Shown here in pieces: positions 38,139 through 50,544 of a stretch of DNA of 64,000 nt. The notes under the pieces are model-generated. The model was not told where the DNA came from, did no database searches, and worked only from the letters and a program-made list of their open reading frames with translations. The stretch lies in the NCBI RefSeq assembly GCF_018977255.1, contig NW_024704743.1, positions 102,302,001 through 102,366,000 of the forward strand, in the 5' to 3' direction. Made by a program: the position numbers and the translations under genes. Every line of letters begins with the position of its first letter. The stretch's first letter is position 1. This DNA is from Callorhinchus milii (Eukaryota).

Positions 38139-40006
38139 ATATGGAATATTAAGTCAGATTGTAAATGTTTTTACAAATACATTAAGAGGAATAGGCTAGT
38201 GAGGGTAAATGTAGGTCCACTTCAGTCAGAGATGGGAGAAGTTGTAATGGGGGACAAGGACATGGCAGAGTCCCTAAATGGGTACTTTGCATCTGTCTTC
38301 ACCCTAGAAGACACAACAAATCTGCCAACAATAGAGACGCACCAAAGGGATAAGGACAGGGAGCAACTTAGGGAAATTTTCATTAGCAGAGAATTGGTGC
38401 AAGGGAAACTGTTAGCACTAAAAAGTGACAAATCCCCTGGTCTGGATGGCTTGCATCTCAGGGTTTTAAAAGAGGTAGCTTATGAGATAGTGGAGGCCTT
38501 GTGTCTGATCTTCCAAAATTCCTTGGATTCTGGAACAGTCCCCATTGATTGGAAGATCGCAAATGTCACGCCACTATTTAAAAAGGTGGAAAGGAAAAGA
38601 TGGGGATCTATAGGCCAGTTAGTCTCACATCAGTGATAGGAAAAATTTTAGAATCGTTGATTAAGGAAGTGGTAGTGCGGTATTCAGGGGAGCACAATAT
38701 AATTAGGCCAAGTCAACATGGCTTTACAAAAGGGAAGTCATGTTTGACAAATCTCATAGAATTTTTTGAGGATATTTCGAGTAAACTAGATAAGGGTGAA
38801 TCAGTGGATGTGGTCTATTTGGACTTCCAGAAGGCATTCGATAAGGTGCCGCATTAAAGGTTAGTCCAAAAGATAGGGGCCCATGGAATTGGGGGGAGCA
38901 TATTAACGTGAATTGGTGAATGGTTAACGGATAAGAAACAAACAATAGGGATAAACGGATCCTTTTCAGATTGATGGGATGTGACCAGTGGAGTGCCACA
39001 AGAATCAGTCCTTGGGCCTCAGCTATTTACCATCTACATCAACGATCTGGATGAGGACATTGAAGTTAATATATCTAAATTCGCAGATGACACAAAACTA
39101 GGAGGAAGTGTCAACACAGAGGATGACATTAAAAAAATGCAGCACGACATAGATAGGTTAGGTGATTGGGCAGGAAGGTGGCAGATGTTGTATAATGTAG
39201 GGAAGTGGGAAGTCATCCACCTAGGTAGCAAAAACAGTAGAGCGAGTTATTTTTTAGAAGGGGAGAGATTGGAATGTGTTAGCGTTCAGAGGGACTTGGG
39301 TGTCCTTGTACACCAATCACAGAAAGTTAGTCTGCAGGTGCAGCAGCAATTAGGAAGGCGAACGGTATGTTAGCATTCATTATGAAAGGATTAGAGTATA
39401 AGAGTAGGGAAGTCTTGCTGCAACTGTATAGGGCCCTGGTGAGACCACACCTGGAATACTGTGTGCAGTTTTGGTCTCCTTATTTAAGGAAGGATGTACT
39501 TGCCTTGGAGGGGGTGCAGCGTAGATTTACTAGGTTAGTACCAGGGATGAAAGGGATGAGTTACGAGGATAGGCTGACCAATTTGGGCCTATATTCTCTA
39601 GAATATAGAAGAATTAGAGGGGATCTTATAGAAACCTATAAGATCATCAAAGGGCATGATAGAGTACATAGTGCGAGATTGATTCCCCTGGTTGGAGAAA
39701 CTAAAACCAGTGGTCACAACCTTAAAATCAGAGGCCAGCCCTTTCGCACTGAGTTGAGGAAGAACTTCTTCACTCAAAGGGTGGTGAATGTATGGAACTC
39801 GTTACCCCAAAGGGCTGTTGACGCTCAGTCCTTGAACATATTCGAGACTGAGATAGATATATTTTTATTGCAAAAGTGATTAAGGGATATGGGGATAAGG
39901 CAGAGTTATGTTATTAGCTGGAGTTAGATTAGAAGATCAGCCATGATTGAATGGTGGGGCAGGCTCGAAGGGCCGAATGGCCTACTCCTGCTCCTACATG
40001 TTATGT
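38139..40006 (+). mobile_element. CR1 LINE, 5'-truncated, RT region and 3' UTR, TSD TAAGT
   Basis: KSPGLDGLH, DWKIANVTPLFKK, YRPVSLTS, YLDFQKAFDKVPH, SKFADDTKL, LEYCVQFWSP; TAAGT at 38134-38138 and 40007-40011. Confidence 0.97.
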
Positions 40007-41169
40007 TAAGTGGATACTTGGAAATCTCAGCTTGGTTTGAATACTCTTAAGAATGGTGAAGGGTTTCCACATGGACCAATAGAGATCCAGTTAATGTAAT
40101 GTTTTCTAAAAATATTCTTACATTATGTAAGAACTGTAAAAGGAATATTGCTGAAAAACTGCCAAAGATTGTAATGTAAAGGAAATTCAAAGCAAAATTA
40201 AACAGACTTCTCAGTTCCTAGACTTAGCTGTACTGCTGCAGGGGGAAAATTGTCATATCCACCGAATAGTTATCATTGGGCAGGGATCTGGGAGCTGATC
40301 ACCTGGCTGTTGGGATGTCCTCCTGACATGAAAGGCATTATATAAATGTAATTTGTTGTTGTTGGTGTTGTTGTTACTCTCTCGTTTGCAGGTTTTGTGT
40401 GTTTTTTGAAGCCAGGGAGTTCCATATGTCTAAAAGCATTTGCAATATGTGTCACTCTTACTTCACATAAATGTCACTCATATAATTCCCCAGATGCTAT
40501 AAGTTCTTGTTTCACATTCTTCAAATTTGCTTCTGTGATTGATCCTGCGAGCTGATAGATATATGTCTGACAAATGATAATGGTATTTTTTATATAAATT
40601 AGACATAGTGAGATAAATAGGCTGTTTTTTTCATGTTCTGTTTGAATTAAAATTATAGATGTCGCTAGTTTTATCTGGAGATCAAGAATAAGTTACAGAA
40701 GAAAGCATGATTTGTCTTTATTTCAGGATAGTGAGAATGCAATGAAGATGGAGAACTTGTAGGAGAGTATATATTGGAAGTCTATCCAGGTATGCAAAAT
40801 TAGTGTTCAACTTATTTAGACTCCACATATTTGGGACAATATTAATCTATTGGATTTTATAGAGAAGAGTGTCAGTGACGGAGGATAACTTGGAATGGAG
40901 CCTTCAAAAGTTTAAAAGTGGCCGCTGTTGATTGAACTTGTGGAGGAGTGTAATCATGGAGAATATAAATCAGGCAGTAAACCTGCCTGATATCCAACTA
41001 CCAAACATGGGATAGCATGCAATCTTCTACTAAACAAAATGTGTTGCCGTGGTTCGGAACCTTAGGGGATCAATTGCATAAAATATGTTCTTCATTGCTA
41101 AAGGGTCTCAAAAGAAAAGGTGGCAAGGTCATTCATCCATATAGGAGTATGAAGGGGATGCTATGAAGG

Positions 41170-41428
41170 GGAGTCCTCTGTTCCACCCTTGAAGGCCGTG
41201 CCTTCGACCACTATGCCCCGAGGCTCTGGAACTGCCTTCCTCACTCCCTTCGTCTCGCTCCCTCCCTTTCCATTTTCAGGTCTCTGCTGAAGACCTTTCT
41301 TTTCGAGCGCGCCTTTGGTAAACCTTCCCCCCTTCGCCCTGGCTCAGTCCCGGGATCCATTACTGTAAAGTGCTCTGAGATGCCGTCTGGTGTGGAAGGC
41401 GCTATATAAATCCAAGTTGTTGTTGTTG
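41170..41428 (+). mobile_element. L2 3' fragment
   Basis: Same subfamily tail as 24886 and 54492 (gagatgccgtc...gcgctatataaatccaag(TTG)n). Confidence 0.9.
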
Positions 41429-41784
41429 TATGTTTTTTAAATGCATTGCCCTATTGACTTTTAACACCCATCTGAGATCAACAACAAAATAAACTCATGA
41501 AATAGTTTGCAGATAAATATATTATGTTAGTAGAAGTGGATCAATGTTGTGGGATTCCGAAATACATTCAATTCCTCAATTAATGCCTGGAACTGTTATG
41601 GAACGCTTGGTTGACTGGAAACTGTGCTGAATGGCACATGTGAAATTGAACACTTCCTTGACTTTAGAGCAATGTTTTCTCCCTCAGCCTCTTTCAGAAT
41701 GGAAACACTGCCATCCTGGTTGCTAGAATTATAATTGTTTCTACTTTGAAATATTGTCTTGCTATTGTCTGACAAAGAGAATGA

Positions 41785-42095
41785 CAGCCTGACTCAGTTG
41801 GTAGCATTGTTGCCGCTGAGACTGTAGGTTGTGGGTTTAATCCTCCTGTCAACATTTAAAATTATAGCCTTTATTGATACTCTTGTGCTGTGCCTGGGAG
41901 AGCTGTCAGTGGTTCCATGCTTGGGATGCGAAATTAACCCAAGAGCCCATTTGTGCCTGTTCAGGTGGATATTACAGGTCCTATGGCACTGTTCAAAAGG
42001 AGAAGGGAGTTTATCCCAGTGTCTTAGACAACAATTTGTGGGACAATGTTGTGAACAAATGGGCTACTGCGTTCAGGCACAAAATACATAATTAC
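41785..42095 (+). mobile_element. Ancient DeuSINE
   Basis: actcagttggtagca...ctgagactgtaggttgtgggttt head; ttcaggtggatatt...cctatggcact Deu block. Confidence 0.75.
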
Positions 42096-42101
42096 TCCAA
42101 G

Positions 42102-42944
42102 AACATAAGAAATGTTAGACGAAAAAAGACCAAGGTCCATCTAGTTCGCCTTCCACCTTCCTGGCAGATATGTCCCATGCACGTATGTCCCAAACTACCT
42201 ATGTACTATATCTCATAATGCTATTTCCTAAAAGAAAACTATCTAATCTGTGTTTGAAAGAATTAACACTTCCTGCTTCAACCGTTTCCCTAGGGAGCCT
42301 ATTCCATAGGTTCACTATTCGTTCACTGAAATAGTGTTTGCGTAGATTCGTTCCTAATTTACTGCCCTTCAATCGCAGGTCATGTGGAGTCCTGTAGCTC
42401 AGTGGTTAGAGCACTCGCTTTGCAAGCGAGAGACCTGAGTTCAATTCCAGGTAGGGCGAAACCTTGGGCAAGTTTCCTTACTCCACACGCCTAATAATAA
42501 TCCCTCCAAAAACCAAAAACAATAATAAAAATTGGTCATTTTCAATCTACGACTGTTTGTGGGACATTGCTGTGCGCAATTAGCTGCCGCGTTCGCCCAC
42601 AAGTATACAGTCAATTCACTTTACAGTGTGTTCTGTGAAGCGCTTTGGGACGTCCTCCCGACGTGAAAAGCGCTATATCAAATGCAAGGATTATTATTAT
42701 TATTATTATTATTATGTTCTCTGGTTTTACTATTCCGGATAAGTTGAATCAGCCAATCATGATCTATATTGTCATGCCCTTTAGAATCTTAAAGACAGCA
42801 ATCGTGTCGCCTCTCAATCTCGTTTCCATAGTGAACATACCCAATTTACTTAGTTGCTCCTCATAGTCCAATTCTTCCATTCCCTCAATCATTTCTGTTG
42901 CTCTCCTCTGTATCTTCTCAATTTCTCCAATATCCTTTTTGTAC
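42102..42944 (-). mobile_element. CR1 3' fragment interrupted by a SINE
   Basis: Reverse of YKKDIGEIEKIQRR...; same subfamily as 14315-15015; aagaacataagaa reverse tail. Confidence 0.9.
42384..42715 (+). mobile_element. Young tRNA-Ala SINE, full length
   Basis: Complete head to (ATT)n; ATGT at both junctions is a likely short TSD. Confidence 0.96.
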
Positions 42945-43909
42945 TGCAGATATTACATAGCACCTCGCTACCTCTCCAACCTGCTTATTTCCCAACCCAC
43001 TGCCCATTCATGTGGTGACTAGAAATGTATACCGTACTCTATCAGCAAATCCTATCAAACGCCTTGAGACTTTTTGGTGACGTGATGAGGTGCTATATCA
43101 AATGTAAGAATTATTATTAAAGAAGACAACATCCAGCTACTCTGAGGCTTTCTGAAGACTTTACCAATCATCAGGGGGATTGGGACAATCATCCATTTCC
43201 CCAACGGAAGCAAGGGTTTAACACATCATTGCCAGAAAAAGGCTTCAAAGTAATTTTTTTAAAAAAGTTAGAAGTCAATAAAGCATTCTAATTGCTACGA
43301 CCAAATAAATTGCATCCGTCATTAAATTTAAATTGAATTTGATGAAAAATGGCTCAGTAAAATATTCTGAACTGTCTGCTGTTTTTTTCTTTGCACTACA
43401 TACTTTATTTAAGCATCTTCCATACCTCCAGTTCACTTGCACAACCTCATCACTCAAAGCAAAATGCCACACTTGACTTATTTGTGCTGAATGTTGTATT
43501 GCATGATGATAAATGCTAATTATTTTAATCGGTCTAATCTGCAGATGGAAATAATGTACATGACAAACAGTAGACAGATGGGGGAGGTGAGTTACTCATC
43601 AATTTCACCATAGCAGCATGTTCAGAGGTTGATTTTGATTGTGTTTCTGATATGGATGGTTTTGTTGTGCACAATGTATCTCAAGTATTACACAGAATGT
43701 TGCAGCATCGAAACAGGTCTTTTTTTCCAACTAGTCTGTGCTGGTGTTGATACTCCAAATGAACCTCCACTCCTCCTCTTCTCACAAATTGCATAGTGAC
43801 ACCACCTTACAATATATCCTGTGAAGCGCTTTGAAATGTCCTCCTGATGTGAGAGGTGCTATATCAAATACAAGGCTTATTATTAATATATTAAATATTA
43901 TTAATATAT

Positions 43910-45197
43910 TGAGTGGAAATAGCAGGGTAATCCTGCAAATTTATAAATCACTGTTGCGACCGTATTTGGAATACTGTGTGCAGGTCTGGTCACCGGAATA
44001 TAAAAAAGGTACTATGTAGCACCTCGCTACCTCTCCAACCTGCTTACTCCCCAACCCACTGCCCACTACCTCTGTTCGGCTGACTTCGGACGCCTGCATG
44101 TCCCACATGCCCTCAGTTCTACTATCAGTGACTGCACTTTCAGCCGCTATGCCACAAAATTCTGGAACACTCTTCCTCTGTCCCTCCACCTTGCCCCTTC
44201 CTTCCCAATCTTCAAATTGGACCTGAAGATCTTCCTTTTTGATCGTGCCTACAGTCACCTCCACTAATAATAATAATAATAATAATCCTTGCATTTGATA
44301 TAGCGCTTTTCACGTCGGGAGGACGTCCCAAAGCGCTTCACAGAACACACTGTAAAGTGAATTGACTGTATATTTGTGGGCGAACGCGGCAGCTAATTGC
44401 ACACAGCAATGTCCCACAAACAGTCTTAGATTGAAAATGACCAATTTATTATTGCTTTTGGTTTTGGAGTGATTATTATTAGGCGTGTGGAGTAAGGAAA
44501 CTTGCCCAAGGTTTCGCCCTCTGCCTGGAATTGAACTCAGGTCTATCGCTTGCAAAGTGAGTGCTCTAACCACTGAGCTACAGGACTCCACTCTTACCCC
44601 AGCTCGACGCCGTGCTCCGCCACTGTCAATCGCTCTGCGATGTTACCCTTTATGAGGGACGCTATATAAATGCAAGTTCTTGTTGCTGAATACTGTGTGC
44701 AATTCTGGTCACCACAATATAAAAAGAATATTGCACCAATTGAGAGGATACAGAGGAGGGCATCCAAAATGATTCAGGGGATGGGAGGGATTGTACTATG
44801 AGGAACAATTAGGTAAACTGGGCATGTTCATGCTAGAGAAGAGACGTTTGAGTAGGAATATAGTTATGGTCTTCATAATTCTGAAGGGACTAGATAATGT
44901 AGACCATGATAAGTTGTTTTATCTTGTACTGAACAGTGGAGCCAGAGGACATCGCCTGCGATTGAAGGGGGTAAATTCAGAACAAACCTGCAGAAACATT
45001 ACTTCAGTGAGCGAGTAGTAAACTTATGGAATAGGCTCCCTAGGGAGACGGTGGAAGCAGAAAATGTTGTTTGTTTCAAGAACAAATTAGATAGATTTCT
45101 GCTACAAATAATATCTCAGAATACAGGATATAGTTTGGGGCACAACGTATCAAACCACTACCAGGATGGTGGAAGGTGAACTAAATGGACATTGGCT
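43910..45197 (+). mobile_element. Nested stack: CR1 (43910-44009) / L2 3' (44017-44685) / CR1 (44688-45197)
   Basis: YKSLLRPYLEYCVQVWSPEYKK; L2 APRYLSNLL...tail; EYCVQFWSPQYKK...LEKRRL. Confidence 0.85.
44266..44591 (-). mobile_element. Young tRNA-Ala SINE inside the L2 3' UTR
   Basis: Full-length reverse copy. Confidence 0.95.
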
Positions 45198-48100
45198 TTG
45201 AGTATCATTCATCAAAGAAATTAAGCTGAATTTCCCATGGTTGGAAACAAATGGTATCATTGGAATTTCAGGTAATAATAATCGACTTAAACGTGAGGTC
45301 GATTTTGGGCTCAAAGCTGATTCCAAAATGTTGCGCTGACATCTTGATTCGTAGATGAGTGGTCAAGATTCCTGTTTGCAGTTCCAGAGCAGACATGTTA
45401 TTATCATTTCAAAAACAACAATGACTTATATAAGGTATCAAGATTCAGTGCTTGCTGTACTTCATGAATATACACTGTGTCTATTGAAGATGGTTAGTTA
45501 TAAAAATCATAATTTTGAAGCTGTTTAATTTGGATAATTTCTAAATCATTTCAGTCCATCAGTTTAGTAAGTGGCCAAATGAGTATCATAAATGAGCAAT
45601 TATTTTGTCAAGTGAAGCAGTCAAATGGATTATCAGAGTTTTCAGCCATGAACATCCTAGCATAGATGCAAAACTTACCCACAAATTAGGCAGGTCAGCA
45701 GACAGGCAGTTCTTTTTAAAATATGCCATCAGATATGTTTGATTTTGAGTTTAAATGCGAGAATTATTAGATTTGCTGTCATTAACTGATTGAAATCCTT
45801 CAATCATTAGCAACTAATAATAATAATAATCCTTGCATTTGATATAGCTTCTTTCAAGGTGGGAGTACATGGGATTTTAAAACTTGCAATTCTGGTTAAT
45901 ATTTTAATATTTGATAATATGTCATTGTGTGACATGACAGTTTTGGTTTAGTTCTGATGGGGAAATGTATTTTTAATTTCACTTTATCTTGCCCCCTTCT
46001 CCATGTGAAGTGCTTTGACAATGCGAAAGCCATTATGTAAATGTAAAAACTGTCCTTGTTGTGACTGATATCTGTTACCTCAGCAAAGAGAGGAAATTAT
46101 GCTTGAATCCTTCCCATTCTCTATTATTTGGTAGCCTACCACATGGTACACATACCCACTAAACCATCCGGGGCGCTGTGCTGTTAGTTTCACAATGGAA
46201 ATATATTGGCGAAGAAGCTCATACTGGAATGAGGGTAAGCAATGATTTCGAACACTCTATAATTATACCTTCCAACTCTCAGACTAAGTCAGTTCTCAAA
46301 GCCACGTATAATTGCAATTTGTTCTAACAGTAAAACAGTCACATGCATATCACCCTCTAGGAGAGTGCCGACAGTCTAAAATTGTCAGAACTAACCAACA
46401 TAAATCCTATGTTGCTAAAGCAAGTAAATAGCACAGAAACAAATGCAAGCCAGATAATGTATTTTATCAAGTTCAGCAAGGAGCAATTCAAACCGTCGTA
46501 TGTGCTGTATTCCCTGCATCTTCTACTCTATTTTACAAGTTTTTCCCTTGTGGTGCCAAGGAACATGATTACGCAAGAGGGCAATTATCTGCACTGTTTG
46601 CTTAACCACAATGGGGCCAATTAGTACAAACGATTGACTCTACTTTACTGTACACGAGTATCATGCTAGAACCATAGAAATGTACGATACGGAAGGAGGC
46701 TATTTGGGCCATTTTTTGTATCAATATTTGGTCTTCCAAGAAGCTGTGCATCCTAATCCCAAATCCTATGAGAACAAGCCATGAAGGTTTTAGTCCACTG
46801 GCATGGAACATTTATCACCTTGTTGAACCTGTTAGGATATAGAGATTTCCCTATAATCGTTTAGAGTAGAACAAGATGGTGCAATAATTCTTCTATTATA
46901 AGACAGTGAGCTTAATAGTGTGTAAAGAAGAGTATACTACCGGTTAATCAACATCGAACAAAACTGGAAAAAAATTCCATGGCTGTCGTGACTCGCTTGC
47001 CCTGGTTTCGCTGCCCAGTTCCCTCGCTCACCCTCCTGCCAGCTGGAACTAACTATGTCGGAGTTTGCAAATTTGGCTTAATATAATCCAAACACACTTC
47101 AATGCCTATAGTAGTATGTTGGTGTAATAATATCCAACAGTTTGGGTACCTGTCTATAATATTCTATTCCATCTTTGTGCTTGTCACAAATGGTTAACTC
47201 TACTGTGGGATTTTTAAACAATTCTCCTATTGTCTTCTATTTTTTGACTTTCTAATTTGTATCATCACTCAAAACAAAATGCATTATAAACAAATGGACA
47301 ATTATTTGCACTCATAGATAGTTCTGCCTATTAGAATTTGGCAACAATTTAAGAAACAGAAGACCAGTTGTGCAATTCAAATGATTCCTAAATTTGTCTC
47401 CAAGGCTAATCTTATTGAACACATTATTTCAATTAAATGGGCTTTTGGTTCATTTGTAATTATTGTACAGATTACATTTTGCTGGTATAAATTGCTCAAT
47501 TATTTTACTTCCATTTTATACTCAATGAGCTAAACTTACCAATTTAAAACTGAGCAGTAAGCATATAGGTAAGGGACTTTTAATGACACTATTAAAGTGC
47601 TGTATCTGAATAATATTGCTTAAAGTCTTAACTGAAATATGAACAAACTATATTTAATGCAAGAGTACAGATGATTCAAAGTGGATGATTCTGAATATTT
47701 AGCAAATCTTATAAGCAGTTTATAAAATTACAAATTGCAATGGTAACCATTTACGCATTTGAGGAGGTAGGATTTGAAGCGGGATGTAAAGGCAGAAAGG
47801 GGGGAGGGCAAGATAGAGAGAGAGTGTTGCAGAAAATAGACGCATAGGAACGTAGGATTTCATGCCACATGTTTCTACTTCAGTTCTTAGTGTGCAAGGA
47901 GCAGCTAATTACCACCATCAGAAGAAGTGAACTCACAATCTAATAGTTCTTGTGATAACCCTGCATTTATGGAGATGTTTCTTGAGTCTGGGGAACACTC
48001 CTTATGGTGGTTGAGCCTGGGTACTATTTAAAGTTTTGCACATGCTCAAAAAGGGGTGTCTAACTGGAAGGAAAGTTCTGCATGAAAGTTTTGGCTGAAG

Positions 48101-49761
48101 TAAAATGAACACTCTATAACCTCTTATTTTGTGTGTGAAACATATTCCTTATACCAATAGGATAATGAAACAAGAATCCTGCCCTTACTTGACTGACACA
48201 TTCTTACAATCATGAAGGTAATTGCTGTGGAATTATTTGAAGCAGCAACCAGGGAACAAGGGATAGGTCAACCATCATGCCTGGAAAACAAACCCTAAAC
48301 TTTTATTTGCAAAGATTAAATGTGCCTTGAGATGGCCAAAAAGGGTTAAAATTAGCAAATTATTTTTGAACAGCTTAATGTTTGAGTACCGGATACTTTA
48401 GAGTTCTCTTTTTAAAAAAAATAGAATTGGGATAATTGACCTTTCATTGAGTCTGAGTATTTCTGAACTGATAGCACACATTGCAGCTTTCAAGAAGGAA
48501 GTGGACAGGCATATATGAAAGAGAGTATGGGTATGGGGATAATAGGCACTTGCACTTGTACAGTGCACTTCATGCAGGGTAGCATTTCAAAGCAATTAAT
48601 AGATGCTTAATAGGGATGGTAGAGCGGTGGACTGAAGTGATCTCCTTGCTATGTGAGCTTGTGTAGATTTTTTTTTGAATCTTTTTAAAAGGATTTTTTT
48701 AATGTAAGAATGAGTAACAAGATAACTTCAAAACAAAAATTACTCCCCGAATTGGAATGCACTACTCTTTCAGTGTTCCAATTTAAAATGGACCCCTATA
48801 CATTGTGTCTGGAATACTCTGTGTGTCCCCACTCCCCGTGAATAAGAAACGCTATTTATATCATTTAATAGATAAAGCCACTTTATAAACTGATCCAAAT
48901 TAATCATAATCTAAAGTTTATTTTAATCCACTAAAATTATTGAAGTTTTCTTATTACTCATTCTTATATTAGAACAATCCTTTTCCAAATCACCATGTAT
49001 GCAAGAACTTCATATTAGTTTGTGATTAAATAATATTCCTCACTGACCAAATGCAGAAAAAATAATGACTTTTCGGGTGTCCAATTAATGATCAATGCTG
49101 TCCATGATCTATAATCTTTATTCTTCAAACTACTTATCATGTTTAACTATCTGAATGGACAATGATCATATCACAGCGAATAATGATTACATAATGGAAT
49201 ATCAGCTCAGCAGGTCTCTATCATTATCTTTCCTGTTCTCACCAGAATCCTCACTTTGCAGTGGATGACTTCACTTCAGATGTTGTACAGGGATTGGTGT
49301 GGTGGTATCTAAGTATGATTTGTAGCTGCTTTCACTGGTGCTACTATTGCAATATGCACACCTGGTGATGCCTGAACTTTCTCACAGATTTAAGGCAATG
49401 ATTTAAAGGTTAAGATCATGAAATGTTTGGGCCTCATTAATCCTAACTGCTGCAAAGACATTATTATAGGTCAATAATTAAACCCAGTCTGTCTGTTGAA
49501 ACCTTTATGTCTTAAAATTTAAGATTGTATAGAATAGTGGAAACTTCAGTCTCAATTTGGAAGCTGTTTTTCTGCAGTTCTTAATAAGAAATAGCATTAT
49601 AAGATCTCCACAAGAACAGAAGGACACAGTTCAGCCATCTGAACCTGCTTCACTAGTTTATTAGATGAAGACAGAAAGTAGCAGGCAAAGAGAAGTTTTT
49701 AAAGCAGAGAACGGGGCCCAAATGTCTGAAAGTTTGTCCTCTGATGGTGGGTGGATTAGGC

Positions 49762-49863
49762 AAGGGAATTTTTTTTCTTTTGGTCAGCCGGGTGTCTGAC
49801 ACACGCGGAAACCCATCACCATGCTTAAGAGTACCCAAACCAAACTGAGAATTCCAAGCATCC
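49762..49863 (-). repeat. Unclassified repeat copy E (3' end; continues 50658-50680 beyond the LTR)
   Basis: gggaatttttttttcttttggtcagccgggtgtctgac...attccaagcatcc | cacctcaca. Confidence 0.85.
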
Positions 49864-50145
49864 TGTTAGAAAATAAAATCAGCCAAATCTGTAAGGAAAT
49901 AACGCTAATTCCTCTAACCAGATATCAGACTGTTTTATTATTATTCGTTCGTTATTCCCCAATATCCCGATGGGTCAGACCAAAGGCCGGTACAATCAAC
50001 AGATCTTATAACAGAATAACACCATTATAGATATCTCGAATTCAAGAGTTCATCACTGTGTCTTTACAGCACACAAGCTTGATTCTTCATGCTTTCAGTC
50101 TTCTTGCTTACAGCTTCCAATCTTCCATCTGATATCCTCAGTCTT

Positions 50146-50330
50146 CCATCTCCGTACCCTTGTCTCCGCAGCCCGGGATGGCCCCATCTCCCGTATCCTT
50201 GTCTCCGCGACGGCTCCATCTCTCATATCCATGTCTCCACGACCAGGGACGGCTCCATCTCCCGTATCCTTGTCTCCGCGACCCGAGACGGCTCCATCTC
50301 CCGTATCCTTGTCTCGGCGACCCGGGACGG
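50146..50330. repeat. 39-bp tandem array, 5 copies, inside the LTR
   Basis: Unit ccatctcccgtatccttgtctccgcgacccgggacggct; second unit shortened to 32 bp. Confidence 0.95.
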
Positions 50331-50355
50331 ACCCGTACACAAAGTTATCGGAACT

Positions 50356-50544
50356 CTTATACCAATATTCATCCAATCATGGTGCGGACATTAGATCACC
50401 TGGTCAAAATCATGCTGGGTTCACGTGAACATCTCATGGGGTGTACGTGCCTCACACACACAAACACACTGTCCTTGAGACAGTCCGTTATCTTGTGTAC
50501 TTGCAGGACAGTAGTACACATCTTATCCTTGAGACATTCACGTG
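50356..50544 (-). promoter_or_regulatory. Putative LTR U3 promoter
   Basis: Two TCACGTGA E-boxes (50421, 50538), two CCAAT boxes (50362, 50373), TATAAG on the minus strand. Confidence 0.6.

Noticed and set aside
50146..50330. CRISPR-like array
   Set aside because: Units are contiguous with no unique spacers, there are no cas genes, and the DNA is eukaryotic.
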